DNA of 64,000 nt from a bacterium (GCA_040390065.1 JAZJZE010000003.1:30239-94238); one strand, 5' to 3'; shown: positions 1-10,087, numbered from the stretch's first letter. Notes: generated by a model from the letters alone, not told the origin. Made by a program: numbers and translations.

Positions 1-1
1 G

Positions 2-526
2 CTGTCGGGCAACCCTCTCATCATCGCCTTTTCCTTGATCTGGGTCGATGCCGGGGCGAGCATCGCCTTGTACCCGTTCATCGCCGTGGGCGTCGCAGGC
101 GTCGAGCACAGCAAGGGCGCCATCTGGGGCTTCGTCGGCGGCGTCGTGCGCTCCACCCACCGGCGCGCGGCCAAGAAGCGTGAGATGCTGGACAAGTACG
201 GCGGATATGGCTTGTGGGCGTTCATGATCGTCCCCTTCGCCTTCAACGGGCCGCCGGTCGGCATGGTCCTGGGGCGCATCGTGGGCTTGCACACGCGCAC
301 GATCCTCGCCGCCGTCGTCGCCGCAATCCTCGCGACCACCATCGCCTGGACGGTTGCCTGGCGGATCCTCTGGGACCAAGGCGTGACGAAACTCCCCGTG
401 CCCTGGTGGGTGCCTGCCACACTCGCCGTCGCCATCGCCGCGTTCGCCATCTCGTGGACCGTCGTCGAGGGCATCCGGGAGCACCGCCGCGAGAAGGCAG
501 CCGCGGACTCCAAGAAATCCGACTAA
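2..526 (+). CDS. Small multidrug export-like membrane protein, 5'-truncated by the window edge
   Basis: Multi-TM ORF open to the window start; KYGGYGLWAFMIVPFAFNGPPVGMVLG resembles the Sm_multidrug_ex family; TAA stop at 524-526. Confidence 0.6.
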   Translation: MSGNPLIIAFSLIWVDAGASIALYPFIAVGVAGVEHSKGAIWGFVGGVVRSTHRRAAKKREMLDKYGGYGLWAFMIVPFAFNGPPVGMVLGRIVGLHTRTILAAVVAAILATTIAWTVAWRILWDQGVTKLPVPWWVPATLAVAIAAFAISWTVVEGIREHRREKAAADSKKSD

Positions 527-682
527 CGTCTGACGCAAAAGTCCCCTGACGCCGGGCTGCCCGGAGCCGACCGTCTGCGTCGTCAGGGGCCCTGGCCGTA
601 CCTCCAGTACGCCTGCGGGCCCCTTCCTAGCAGCCGGCACGCTGCGGATTGCCCGGCGGACAGGCTACTTTTGCGTCAGACT
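527..682. mobile_element. MITE-like element (156 bp) between convergent genes
   Basis: Perfect 15-bp terminal inverted repeat GTCTGACGCAAAAGT (528-542)/ACTTTTGCGTCAGAC (667-681); flanks CTAA (523-526) and CTAG (683-686); internal hairpin CCCCTGACG/CGTCAGGGG; no ORF. Confidence 0.7.
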
Positions 683-1099
683 CTAGTCGACCGGCGCCGT
701 CGGTCCGAACTTGCGGTCCCAGTCGGGCCCGTCCTCGATGTAGTCGAGCAAGTAGCTCTCGAGGCATGCGTCGCAGGGGACGTAGCCGCTCAGCGTGATG
801 CCGCCGCGCAGCAACAGCGGCGAGATGACGGGCGCCTCCATCGCGTACTGCAACACGCAGCATTCGGGGTAGCCGTAGCGCGTTCCCAGCCGGAAGTGGT
901 ACAGGAACGCTTCCTCGATGGCGGCCGGATCCTGCGCGCGCTTTTCCGGACCCCCCGCGCGTCGCAGGCGACGGACACGCGGCCCGAACCCCTCCGGGAC
1001 TTGCCGGCCTTCCCATTCGATGCCGCCGGCGTCGAACGCCGGGTACAGGCGCTCGTTCAAGGCGCGGAAGACCATGTTCAAGGGGCGCCGCTTGGCCAT
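683..1099 (-). CDS. Hypothetical Cys-rich protein with GYPECC and CxxC motifs
   Basis: ORF MAKRRP...; RYGYPECCV and YVPCDAC motifs suggest metal binding (loosely DUF483-like). Confidence 0.6.
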   Translation of the reverse strand: MAKRRPLNMVFRALNERLYPAFDAGGIEWEGRQVPEGFGPRVRRLRRAGGPEKRAQDPAAIEEAFLYHFRLGTRYGYPECCVLQYAMEAPVISPLLLRGGITLSGYVPCDACLESYLLDYIEDGPDWDRKFGPTAPVD

Positions 1100-1459
1100 C
1101 GCTGGGTCGCGCATTGGAGCCCAGACTTATAGGAGGTTGCGACAGGGCCGTTGCCGACCGAACGAAAACACGCGTGGCCGAAGGGGGAGCCAGCCGCGGT
1201 GTTGCTTGCCGGCGGCCAGCGGTGGTAGGTCGGGTATGGTGCGTCCGCCCCTCGGCCACGCGTGCAAGCCGACGATTCAAGCGGGATACATGTCCCGATT
1301 GGCTAGGACGGGCCCGCAATCCGTCGCGCGCGGCGTCGTCGGCCGGCAATCCCCACGCAGTGCCCCGGCCAAAAAGGACTAAATACGAGCGCTCATGCAG
1401 GAATCCAGAGCCTGAACCGGGATTTCTCCTGGGAATGGCCATTCACAAGGTGACCCACC

Positions 1460-3136
1460 ATGACGAATGGAAGCACAAGCACCGGACAACCGATCTACAT
1501 CCTGAAGGAAGGCACCGAGCGCACCCGCGGCCGCACCGCCCAGTCGAACAACATCTACGCCGCACGCCTCATCGCGGAGACCGTCAAGTCCACCCTCGGC
1601 CCCCGCGGCATGGACAAGATGCTGGTCGACTCGATGGGTGACGTCGTCATCACGAACGACGGCGCGACCATCCTCAAGGAGATCGATGTCGCGCACCCGG
1701 CGGCCAAGATGGTCATCGAGGTTGCAAAGACGCAGGACGCCGAATGCGGCGACGGCACGACGACGTCCGTCATCCTGACCGGCGAACTGCTGAAGCAGGC
1801 TGGCGAGCTCCTCGAGAAGGGCATCCACCCGACGACAATCACGGCCGGCTACCAGCTCGCCGCCAAGGAGGCCCTCAAGGTCCTCGCCTCGATCGCCATC
1901 CCCGTCAAGAAGACGGACATCGCGACCCTGCGCCAGATCTCGAGCACCAGCCTGAACTCGAAGAACATCTCCTACAACTCCGAGCTCATCTCGGACATCG
2001 TCGTTCGCGCCTGCACCTCCGTGATGGAGACCCAGGGCACCGGCAAGGACGCCGAGACCACCGTCGACATCGCCGAGAACATCCTTGTGCAGAAGGCCAA
2101 GGGCGGCAGCCTCGAGGACACCGAGCTCATCCAGGGCATCATCCTGGACAAGGAGCGCGTCCACACCGGCATGCCGACGAACGTCAAGAACGCGAAGATC
2201 GCCCTCGTCAACGCGGCCCTCGAGATCAAGAAGACCGAGGTCGACGCCAAGATCGAGATCACGGCCCCCAACCAGCTGTCCGCCTTCCTGGAGCAGGAAG
2301 AGAAGACGCTGAAGGACATGGTCACGAAGGTCGTCAAGTCCGGCGCCACCGTCCTCATCACCCAGAAGGGCATCGATGACCTCGCCCAGCACTACCTCGC
2401 CAAGGCCGGCATCTACGCGGTGCGCCGCGCCAAGAAGTCGGACATGGAGAAGCTCGAGAAGGCAACGGGCGCCACCATCGTCAACACGCTGGACGACCTC
2501 ACGGCCTCCAACCTCGGCAAGGCCGGACTCGTCGAGGAACGCAAGATCGGCGAGGACAAGTTCACCTTCGTGACCGAGTGCCCGTCCGCCAAGGCCGTGA
2601 GCATCCTGCTGCGCGGCGGCACCGAGCACGTCGTCGATGAGGCCGAGCGCGCCATGCACGACGCACTCTCCGTCGTCGCGGTCGCCCTCGAGGACGGCAA
2701 GATGACGCCCGGCGGCGGCGCGGCTGCAACCGAGATCGCCTTCCGCCTGCGCGAGTACGCGACGACGGTCGGCGGCCGCGAGCAGTTGGCCGTCGAGGCC
2801 TTCGCGGAGTCCGTCGAAGTCGTCCCGCGCACGCTCGCCGAGAACGCTGGCCTGGACGAGCTCGACATCCTGTTGAACCTGCGCCGCGCCCACAAGAAGG
2901 GCGAGAAGAACGCCGGCATCAACGTCTTCACGGGCAAGATCGAGGACATGGTCGCAAACCACGTCATCGAGCCGCTGCGCGTCGGCACCCAGGAGATCAA
3001 GGCTGCCACCGAGGCAGCCGTCATGATCTTGCGCATCGACGACGTCATCGCGGCGAAGTCGTTCTCCGGCGGCGGCGCCGGCGGCCCAGGCGGCGCGGGC
3101 GGAATGCCCGGCGGCATGGGCGACATGGATATGTGA
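1460..3136 (+). CDS. ths: Thermosome (group II chaperonin) subunit
   Basis: [35 protein letters not shown] motifs; GGM C-terminal tail; GGTGA ribosome-binding site upstream. Confidence 0.98.
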   Translation: MTNGSTSTGQPIYILKEGTERTRGRTAQSNNIYAARLIAETVKSTLGPRGMDKMLVDSMGDVVITNDGATILKEIDVAHPAAKMVIEVAKTQDAECGDGTTTSVILTGELLKQAGELLEKGIHPTTITAGYQLAAKEALKVLASIAIPVKKTDIATLRQISSTSLNSKNISYNSELISDIVVRACTSVMETQGTGKDAETTVDIAENILVQKAKGGSLEDTELIQGIILDKERVHTGMPTNVKNAKIALVNAALEIKKTEVDAKIEITAPNQLSAFLEQEEKTLKDMVTKVVKSGATVLITQKGIDDLAQHYLAKAGIYAVRRAKKSDMEKLEKATGATIVNTLDDLTASNLGKAGLVEERKIGEDKFTFVTECPSAKAVSILLRGGTEHVVDEAERAMHDALSVVAVALEDGKMTPGGGAAATEIAFRLREYATTVGGREQLAVEAFAESVEVVPRTLAENAGLDELDILLNLRRAHKKGEKNAGINVFTGKIEDMVANHVIEPLRVGTQEIKAATEAAVMILRIDDVIAAKSFSGGGAGGPGGAGGMPGGMGDMDM

Positions 3137-3345
3137 AATTCGCGAGCGCAACGAGCGACTTTCACATGAGCCGGCGCGAAGCGCCGGCGGACCCTGCGGT
3201 TCGGCGTCAGCCGGACCGCAGGGGTCGAGCCGACGCGCCGCAGCGCGTTGGCGGACCACGACGGAACGCGTCGGCTGCCCAGCGGACGGTGCGCAGGCCC
3301 CCCCGCCCTCCCGGCACCGGCGCGAAAACCTGGTGTGCGAAGCGC
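3131..3345. repeat. Cluster of consecutive hairpins (REP/BIME-like) after the thermosome gene
   Basis: ATGTGAAA/TTTCACAT (3131-3167), GCCGGCGC-GAA-GCGCCGGC (3170-3188), GACCCTGCGGTTCGGC/GCCGGACCGCAGGGGTC, AGCCGACGCG/CGCGTCGGCT. Confidence 0.6.
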
Positions 3346-3392
3346 GCGTACAATCTCCACCCCCTTCTTCCAACCCGTTTTCTCGAAGGCCT

Positions 3393-5549
3393 TCAACCCT
3401 CGCGGGGCCGACGGCGAATACCCACCGTGGCCACGCCGACCGCGGCCAGGACGGCCACGAAACCAAGCCCGGGGCTCTGCGCTTGACTCGTGTGCTCGAG
3501 GCTGGCGGCCAGGGCGGCTTCATCCGGCACATTCTGCGACGTGGAGACCGTTCCATACAACCGTACGAGGGCTTGCAGCGCCGGATCATCCTGCGCCTGT
3601 GCACGCAGCACCAAGTCCACCGAGTCCGCGGTGGTTGCGCCCGGAGGAACGGCGACCGCCACGGTGACGTTCCACCAGGTGCCCGCGGCGACGCGGTTCT
3701 CTGGATTGTCCAGGAGACGTGCCCACTCGACACCCTTGCCAGACAAGTGCAACTCGATGGTGTGTGCGCCGGCGTCGGGCGCCAGACGGACGGCGACTTG
3801 GTAGACCGCGGTCTTGCCGGGATTGACGACCCGGTCCTGGCTGCCGATGGGCTGCAAGGCGAGTTTCGCCGTGGCCGCAAATGTCGCGTCCACCGGATCG
3901 CGATACTCGAACAACGGAAGGTCCAGGAGCCCGCCGGGAAGGAGCTTTGGCGGGTCGCGGGCCACGGCCGTATCCGGGCGCGTGCCGGCGACCGTCAGCT
4001 CGAGGACGAGGGAACTCTTGGGCCTGAAGACGACCCGGTCGCCCTCCGGCGTGGCGGTCAGCTTCAGCGAAAAGTAGGCCGGCGTGCTCGCCTGCATGTC
4101 CTGGGCCGGCGACGTCGCAAGACGGGCCAGAACCGTCCGGTTGCCGCCGGTGCGCGTTCCAAACTGGTCAAACGTGCTGTCGACGTAGTAGGCCAACTCG
4201 CCGGAGGCGACGGCGCCAAGCATGGGGGTCGTCGACTGGAAACCTCCAGAAAATGTGCCGTTGCGCAGCAGGTCGAAGTCGAGGCCGATGGCAAGGTCTG
4301 GCGCCAGGGGAACCGTCCAATGGAACGTGTTCGGCACCGATGGCACGAACCCGGATGGCGGGTCCGCAGGCACGGCCACGCCGCGGTCACCGTCGTCCTT
4401 GGCAAGGGCGTTCATCCACGCGTACTCGACGTTGAAGCCGAACGCCAAGGCGTACGCCGGGATGGTCGGGTCGTCCGAAAACGGCGCGCTGTGCAGCGAC
4501 AGGACGTTGTGGTGGCCGGCGGGTTGCGGCACTTTGGGGTAACGGACGCCGAGTTCCAGGTCGGCATGGGAAGCAGCGTCCGTCGCGCTTGCGGCATGAA
4601 GCATGAACGACTTGAACGACCCGTGCTGGTGGTTGAACGCCATCGTCACCACGACCGGAACGTCGACGGAGGCCCCGGCGTCGAGGTCGACGACGGCATT
4701 GGGAAGGCTGACGTCCCAGCCTAGGGGCGGGTTGCTCACCTCCAGGCGGTAGTGGTCCGCGCGGGGGCCGACGTTTCGTGCCGTGACCGTGAAGACCACC
4801 GTGCCGGCCTCGCCGTTGGATTGGCGGGTCGGGACCTGGCTTGACAGTCGGGCCGAGCCGGTCTGGACTGGTCCGAGCATGACCGGAACGCCGGTTGTGC
4901 CGTTGCCCGAGTTTGGCATGCGGTCGCGGATGGTGGGCGGCGCTTGCCCACTGAAGCTGACGGGGAAAAGGAAGATTTCCATGAAGGACTGGGAGTCCGC
5001 CCAGAAGCCGCTGATCTGCGTGCCGACGTAGGGTTTGGCGCCGTGCGAGTCGGTGATGAGGTCGCGGGGGACCGTGATGACGAAGGACGCGGACGCTCGG
5101 TCTTGCGTGATTGGCAGGTAATCCACGGCGTAGTAGCGGTCCTCGGCGGGATCGTAGCGTGCCAGGGACGCAAACACCCCCGTCTGCTGGCTCTTGATGC
5201 GGCCCACTTGAATGGCGTATTGGACGTCGCCCTGGAGGAAGTGCAGGCCGTAGAATGCAGATTCACCCAGGGGCGGCTCGGTGCCGTCTTCCAGACTGGC
5301 GACGGTGAGAGTGAACAGGAACTCCGTGGCCTGTTCCTGCACCGTGGCTGCGACCAGGTCCATCTGCGCCAGGCGCGGCGTCGGGTTGCTGATGGGCTGG
5401 ACGGGTGTACCAATGGCCACGTCGCCGGAATCGTCCTGCAAGACCGCCACCGGGGCGGGCGCCGGCGCCGCGCTGCCTTGCGCCGCTGTGGGTGCGCCGG
5501 GCAGGACAAGGAGAAAGGCCACCGCGGCCAGGAGGAAGCGCTGCTGCAT
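3393..5549 (-). CDS. Secreted beta-rich surface protein with PGF-CTERM-like sorting signal
   Basis: N-terminal signal peptide; Ig-like repeats; C-terminal SPGLGFVAVLAAVGVATVGIRRR. Confidence 0.8.
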   Translation of the reverse strand: MQQRFLLAAVAFLLVLPGAPTAAQGSAAPAPAPVAVLQDDSGDVAIGTPVQPISNPTPRLAQMDLVAATVQEQATEFLFTLTVASLEDGTEPPLGESAFYGLHFLQGDVQYAIQVGRIKSQQTGVFASLARYDPAEDRYYAVDYLPITQDRASASFVITVPRDLITDSHGAKPYVGTQISGFWADSQSFMEIFLFPVSFSGQAPPTIRDRMPNSGNGTTGVPVMLGPVQTGSARLSSQVPTRQSNGEAGTVVFTVTARNVGPRADHYRLEVSNPPLGWDVSLPNAVVDLDAGASVDVPVVVTMAFNHQHGSFKSFMLHAASATDAASHADLELGVRYPKVPQPAGHHNVLSLHSAPFSDDPTIPAYALAFGFNVEYAWMNALAKDDGDRGVAVPADPPSGFVPSVPNTFHWTVPLAPDLAIGLDFDLLRNGTFSGGFQSTTPMLGAVASGELAYYVDSTFDQFGTRTGGNRTVLARLATSPAQDMQASTPAYFSLKLTATPEGDRVVFRPKSSLVLELTVAGTRPDTAVARDPPKLLPGGLLDLPLFEYRDPVDATFAATAKLALQPIGSQDRVVNPGKTAVYQVAVRLAPDAGAHTIELHLSGKGVEWARLLDNPENRVAAGTWWNVTVAVAVPPGATTADSVDLVLRAQAQDDPALQALVRLYGTVSTSQNVPDEAALAASLEHTSQAQSPGLGFVAVLAAVGVATVGIRRRPREG

Positions 5550-5628
5550 GGCGGCCGCATTCCGAGCCCCGCCTTACGCCTTTCGCGGGGGGGACCGAAG
5601 GCACCGGAAGGCGAGAGGAGAATCGGCC

Positions 5629-6456
5629 CTACGCGGCGTCCTGCACGATGTTGGCCTTGTACAGGTTCAGCTTCGACTGCTCGAAGTGGATGTGGAACTG
5701 GGCGTATTCGCTGATCTGGTGGGCCTTGGGTTCGAAGTGGTAGACGCCGTCCATCCTGATGGGGAACATCTCCGTGGGCGTGCTTGCGACGGTGCCATCC
5801 GGATTCGGCAGGTAGAGCATGCCCGTGTAGGTGCCGTTGGTTGCAGGCAGGCCGGCGACGGTCACGTCGAAGCTGTTGCCGGTGAATCCGCCCACGACGG
5901 TGAGCGCGTTGACGCCCGCGCTCAGGGTGAACTTGCCGCTCGCTGCCATGCCGGCGGCAGTGGCCTTGCCGGAGCCGACAGGCGCCGTCCCGTAGAGGAA
6001 GTCGTCCAAGCGGAGTTCGGCGTGGTCGAAGGCGCCGGACAGGTCTGCGGTGGCGTTGATGCTGATGGTGGCGTTCGGCTGGCTGGCGTCCAGCGGACCG
6101 ATGTTGTAGGGGGCGCGGCCGGGGCCGACGAGGATGACCGCGTACGTGGCGCCGTTGGGCGCTGGGAGATTCTCGGCCGAGACCTTGATGGTCGTGTACG
6201 GGCCCTTGCAGCGGTGCACGCTGCCCGACGGGTCGGCCGGGGCGCTCGGCGTGTTCTGTAGGCACGTCGCATTGACCGGGCCTTGCGTGGGCAGCGGGTT
6301 GCCGCCGTTCGTGAAGGGCTGGTAGAACAGGTCGATGGATGCCGCCAGCGGGGTGGCGAAGTTGGCGTTCTCGAGCTTGCCCGTCGGGTCCTTGGTGCCG
6401 CAGCCGGCGAGGGCGAACAGGAGGACGGCTGGAATCGCAACGAGCTTCGCGTTCAT
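5629..6456 (-). CDS. Hypothetical lipoprotein
   Basis: MNAKLVAIPAVLLFALAGC lipobox. Confidence 0.8.
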   Translation of the reverse strand: MNAKLVAIPAVLLFALAGCGTKDPTGKLENANFATPLAASIDLFYQPFTNGGNPLPTQGPVNATCLQNTPSAPADPSGSVHRCKGPYTTIKVSAENLPAPNGATYAVILVGPGRAPYNIGPLDASQPNATISINATADLSGAFDHAELRLDDFLYGTAPVGSGKATAAGMAASGKFTLSAGVNALTVVGGFTGNSFDVTVAGLPATNGTYTGMLYLPNPDGTVASTPTEMFPIRMDGVYHFEPKAHQISEYAQFHIHFEQSKLNLYKANIVQDAA

Positions 6457-6520
6457 GCAAGCGCGCGAGAAACGGCTGCGATATCAAGTTTCTGTGGAGT
6501 CCGCTGGACCGGGGGCTTGC

Positions 6521-8038
6521 CTACGCGAAGCCTGCGGGGACGTCCACGGTGGGACCTAGGAACGGGCGCAGGGCGTCGGGGACGGACGGCTGGAGCTCGA
6601 CGTCCTGGCGCCAGGAGACTTCGATCTTGGCCTGCCTGGCCTCGAGGCGCACGGAACCCTCCTGCATGATTGGATACGTGCTGCGCACCGTGTGCGTGAC
6701 GGTCTGGCCGGCGGCGAGGCCGGTCACGTCCCATGCGTCGTCGTCGAGGGCAATGTGGATGCGGGTTTGCGGGTCAGGGTCGACCGCCACGACCCTGATG
6801 TCCACGGTGAGGTTTCCGGCATGATAGGGGATGCCCGTTGCGCTTGGCAGATTCGCCTTGTAGGTCGACGTGCGGACGGGCTGGAAAAAGGGCGTCGCCG
6901 GGGGCGGGCCAATGCCACTTGGTGCGTCCGTGGCCGCGATGTCCAGCGTCTCCGTTGCGCCGCGCACGACGAGCGGCGGCACGGCGATCAGGGGATTGGT
7001 TGGTGTGATGTCCCCCTGGGTCATGCCTTGCACCTCAGAATCATCCACGAGCCAACCGCGGATGGTGCAGCCCACCGGGACCTTGGCCCCTTCGGGCGGC
7101 ACATCCCAGGCGCGCAGCGCGCAACCGCCGTCGGTGGCAAAGCCAGTGTGCACGCCATCCGTCAGGGAAAACTGGTCGTGGTCGTAGACGCACAAGAGCG
7201 CAATCGTTCGAGGCTCCTTGGGCCCGCCAAACGGCATCGTCACGGCTGGCGGCAGGAGGTCGCGCGTCTCACGGTTGCGTCCACAGGCCGCCGTCTTGCC
7301 GTACGACACCATCTCTGGGGAAGGTCCCGGGTTGCCCTGGCGCTCGCGCTCATAGGCCGAGTCGCCGAAGTCCCCGGTGACGAAGACCATGGAGGCGGTC
7401 GGAGCCGTCGGTGTCACGCCCGGCCGCGATGCATTGTCGCCGACGACGTAGCCCATGTGGTCGTCGTCGGAGCCAATCGTCAGGGCGCTTTGCGCCGGGC
7501 CCACATCGCGGCCCGTGCGGTCGCGCACGAGGTACTCGAGCGACGGCTGCAGCCTGCCGTCCGGAATGGCACGCCACCAGCCCAAGGGATTCGCCTGGTC
7601 TCCGGAACGAGCCGTGAAGCGCCAGTTCGTCCAGGCGACGGTGGCCGGTAGCCGCAGGGTGACGCCGCCGCACGTCCCGGCGCCCACGCCGCCTGGGCTT
7701 AGCACGAAGTTGGTGGCTTCGCCAAGCGGGTGCAGGGTCACGTCCAGGGCTTCCACCTGCAAGGTCAGCCTTGGACTTGCGGCGGTGGCGTTGTCGTCCA
7801 CGTAGATGGGGTACGGCAGGTTCGAGCCAGGGAACGGAAGGGGGGTGATGGTGTGCCACTCGATTGGCACTAGCCACCAGCCCGTGGCACTCTCGGTCGG
7901 CGTCGCGCGGGGCTGCACAGGCGCGGACGACGTCGAATCCCCCGCGGCGGGGACGTGCCTTCCCGCGTCGCTGCCGGACTGGGCGCAGCCGGAGATTGCC
8001 ACGGCAAGAACAATCGCGACTTGCAGCCACCGGCCCAC
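6521..8038 (-). CDS. Hypothetical lipoprotein
   Basis: GTG start; IVLAVAISGC lipobox; 505-aa ORF. Confidence 0.7.
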   Translation of the reverse strand: MGRWLQVAIVLAVAISGCAQSGSDAGRHVPAAGDSTSSAPVQPRATPTESATGWWLVPIEWHTITPLPFPGSNLPYPIYVDDNATAASPRLTLQVEALDVTLHPLGEATNFVLSPGGVGAGTCGGVTLRLPATVAWTNWRFTARSGDQANPLGWWRAIPDGRLQPSLEYLVRDRTGRDVGPAQSALTIGSDDDHMGYVVGDNASRPGVTPTAPTASMVFVTGDFGDSAYERERQGNPGPSPEMVSYGKTAACGRNRETRDLLPPAVTMPFGGPKEPRTIALLCVYDHDQFSLTDGVHTGFATDGGCALRAWDVPPEGAKVPVGCTIRGWLVDDSEVQGMTQGDITPTNPLIAVPPLVVRGATETLDIAATDAPSGIGPPPATPFFQPVRTSTYKANLPSATGIPYHAGNLTVDIRVVAVDPDPQTRIHIALDDDAWDVTGLAAGQTVTHTVRSTYPIMQEGSVRLEARQAKIEVSWRQDVELQPSVPDALRPFLGPTVDVPAGFA

Positions 8039-8089
8039 GTTCTTCCACCTCCGCGACGCTATCTAGATTCTTCGGTGAGGTACGCCGTC

Positions 8090-8941
8090 TCACTCGACTT
8101 GGCGCCGGAAGGCCCGCACCGTGTTCTCCAGCAGGACGGCAATCGTCATCGGGCCCACGCCGCCCGGAACCGGCGTCACCCACCCTGCCTTCTCCCAGAC
8201 GTCGGGTGCTACGTCGCCGACGACCTTGCCGCCGACGCGCGCGATGCCGACGTCGACGACGACGGCGCCGGCGCGGATCTTGTCGGCCGTGAGAAGACCG
8301 GGGACGCCCGTCGCGGACACGATCACGTCGGCGCGGCGCGTGTGCTCGGCGAGGTCCCGCGTCTTCTTGTGGCAGACCGTCACGGTGGCGTCGCGGTTGA
8401 TGAGGAGGGCGGCAAGCGGTTTGCCGATGAGGTTGGAGTGGTTGATGATGCACACCTCGGCGCCGGGCAGCTTGATTCCGGCTTCGTCGAGCAGCAAGAG
8501 GACACCCTGTGGCGTGCACGGCGCCAGCGTCTCGTCGCCGATGAGGGCGTGGCCCATGGATTCGGCGTGGAAGGCGTCCACGTCCTTTGCCGGCAGGATG
8601 GCCTGCAGCACGGCCTTCTTGTGGATGTGCGCCGGCAGGGGAAGTTGTACGAGGATGCCGTGCACGGCGGGGTCGTTGTTGAGGCGGTGCACAAGCGCCG
8701 CAGCCTGCGCTTCGGACGTCGACGAGGGGAGGATATGCTCGAAGGATTGCATCCCGGCGCGGCGGCACGCTTCGGCTTTCCGTTTGACGTAGATGGCACT
8801 TGCCGGGTCGTCGCCGATCAGGACCACGGCCAAGCCGGGAACCATCCCCGTCTGCGCCCGGATGGCCGCGACCTCCTGCGACAGGCGCGCCTCCATGCGG
8901 GCGGCTAGCGCCTTGCCATCGAGGGTGCGGGCGCGGGCCAC
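8090..8941 (-). CDS. folD: Bifunctional methylenetetrahydrofolate dehydrogenase/cyclohydrolase
   Basis: LDGKALA, GDDPASAIYVKRK, GILVQLPLP, KDVD, PCTP, TPVPGGVGPMT motifs; GTG start inferred. Confidence 0.96.
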   Translation of the reverse strand: MARARTLDGKALAARMEARLSQEVAAIRAQTGMVPGLAVVLIGDDPASAIYVKRKAEACRRAGMQSFEHILPSSTSEAQAAALVHRLNNDPAVHGILVQLPLPAHIHKKAVLQAILPAKDVDAFHAESMGHALIGDETLAPCTPQGVLLLLDEAGIKLPGAEVCIINHSNLIGKPLAALLINRDATVTVCHKKTRDLAEHTRRADVIVSATGVPGLLTADKIRAGAVVVDVGIARVGGKVVGDVAPDVWEKAGWVTPVPGGVGPMTIAVLLENTVRAFRRQVE

Positions 8942-8992
8942 GCTGCGGCGACGTTGCCGCCCTTCAAATGCCCTTGCGGCGTCGCTTGCGCC

Positions 8993-9649
8993 GTGGCCAC
9001 TCGCAAGGCGGTGCTGTTCGACCTCGACGGCACGCTGTTGGATTCCAACCTGTCCATCCGCTCGACCATGAACGCGGTGCTCGCCGAACGCGGCCTGCCC
9101 GCCTTCACAAGGACGGAGCTGGACGGGCTGATCGGCACGGGCCTGCGCGACATCCTGGCCCGAAAACTCCCCGCACCGGACCCGACGGCCATCGAGGCCA
9201 TGGCCCGCCGGTACCGCGACTTGTACAGCGAGGTCGGCTGGGTGACCGTCGGCATCTACCCGGGGCTGCGGGAACTGGCGGTCGACCTGCGCGCCAACGG
9301 CACATCGCTGGCGGTCGTGACCAGCAAGGGGCAGCATGAGACCGAGGCCCTTCTTGCCGACTTGGGCGTGCTCGAGCTCTTCGACGCTGCCGTCGGCGAC
9401 GACGATGTCCGGCCCATCAAGCCGCATCCGGCGCCCGTCCTGGAAGCCTGCCGGCGCCTCGGCTGCGCCCCCGCGGACGCGGCCATGATTGGGGACACCC
9501 GCTTCGATATCCTGGCGGCGAAGGCGGCGGGGGCTATCGCCATCGGCATCCTGTGGGGAAACGGCTCGCGGGACAGCCTCGCCGAAGCGGGCGCCGACCA
9601 CATTGTCGACTCGGTGCCTGCACTCCGGCGCGTGCTTCGCCGGCTCTAG
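8993..9649 (+). CDS. HAD-superfamily hydrolase (phosphoglycolate phosphatase/PpaX-like)
   Basis: FDLDGTL motif I, VTSK, KPHP, IGDTRFDI. Confidence 0.92.
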   Translation: MATRKAVLFDLDGTLLDSNLSIRSTMNAVLAERGLPAFTRTELDGLIGTGLRDILARKLPAPDPTAIEAMARRYRDLYSEVGWVTVGIYPGLRELAVDLRANGTSLAVVTSKGQHETEALLADLGVLELFDAAVGDDDVRPIKPHPAPVLEACRRLGCAPADAAMIGDTRFDILAAKAAGAIAIGILWGNGSRDSLAEAGADHIVDSVPALRRVLRRL

Positions 9650-9916
9650 AGGCTGTTTCACAACTGCCAGGGTGCCTGCGTCGTTTTCCGGGCTTCGCAA
9701 TCCGGGCGAGGGCGGCCGCCGGCGGGCCGGCAGCCCGCCAAGGCCGCCGTCGCCTGGAGTGTGTGGCCGGAAAACGACCCGCATGGGCGGGCCGCTTTGC
9801 GGCGGATTCCGGCGTCAGCCGGGCCTCGGCGTGGCGCTGCCACGCAGTCGGCGAATCCTCCTAGCCTTCCTTGCAAACCGGCGCGCGCAGGTCTCCTGGA
9901 AGTTATGAAACAGCCT
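9650..9916. mobile_element. MITE-like element (267 bp) with CTAG target-site duplication
   Basis: TIR AGGCTGTTTCACAACTGCCAGG vs AGGCTGTTTCATAACTTCCAGG (20/22); CTAG at 9646-9649 and 9917-9920; internal 12-bp inverted repeat 9680-9691/9767-9778; no transposase ORF. Confidence 0.85.
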
Positions 9917-10087
9917 CTAGTTGTAGTGCCAGAAGATGCGCATCGTCACGGCGGCGACGCCGACGAGGGCGGCGAAGATGAGGACGACGGAGGGCGACAG
10001 CTTGAACGCCGAGTCCTCCTCCGCGTCGAAGTAGCGGATGAGGCCGGCAGCCGACTGGATGCCCGGGCCCTTGGTCTTCTGTGCCAT
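9917..10087 (-). CDS. secG: Preprotein translocase subunit Sec61beta
   Basis: AGLIRYFDAEE..KLSP followed by a single C-terminal TM, the archaeal Sec61beta signature. Confidence 0.92.
   Translation of the reverse strand: MAQKTKGPGIQSAAGLIRYFDAEEDSAFKLSPSVVLIFAALVGVAAVTMRIFWHYN

Noticed and set aside
1140-1370. SRP RNA or RNase P RNA
   Set aside because: Neither the SRP helix-8 motif nor the RNase P GAGGAAAGUCC-type motif was found on either strand by eye.
1379-3880. Long antisense or alternative-frame ORFs (e.g. 833 aa here; 11825-13606; upstream part of 22441-26031; 49957-51849; 61328-63139)
   Set aside because: Shadows of real genes caused by high GC3 codon bias; no recognisable motifs.
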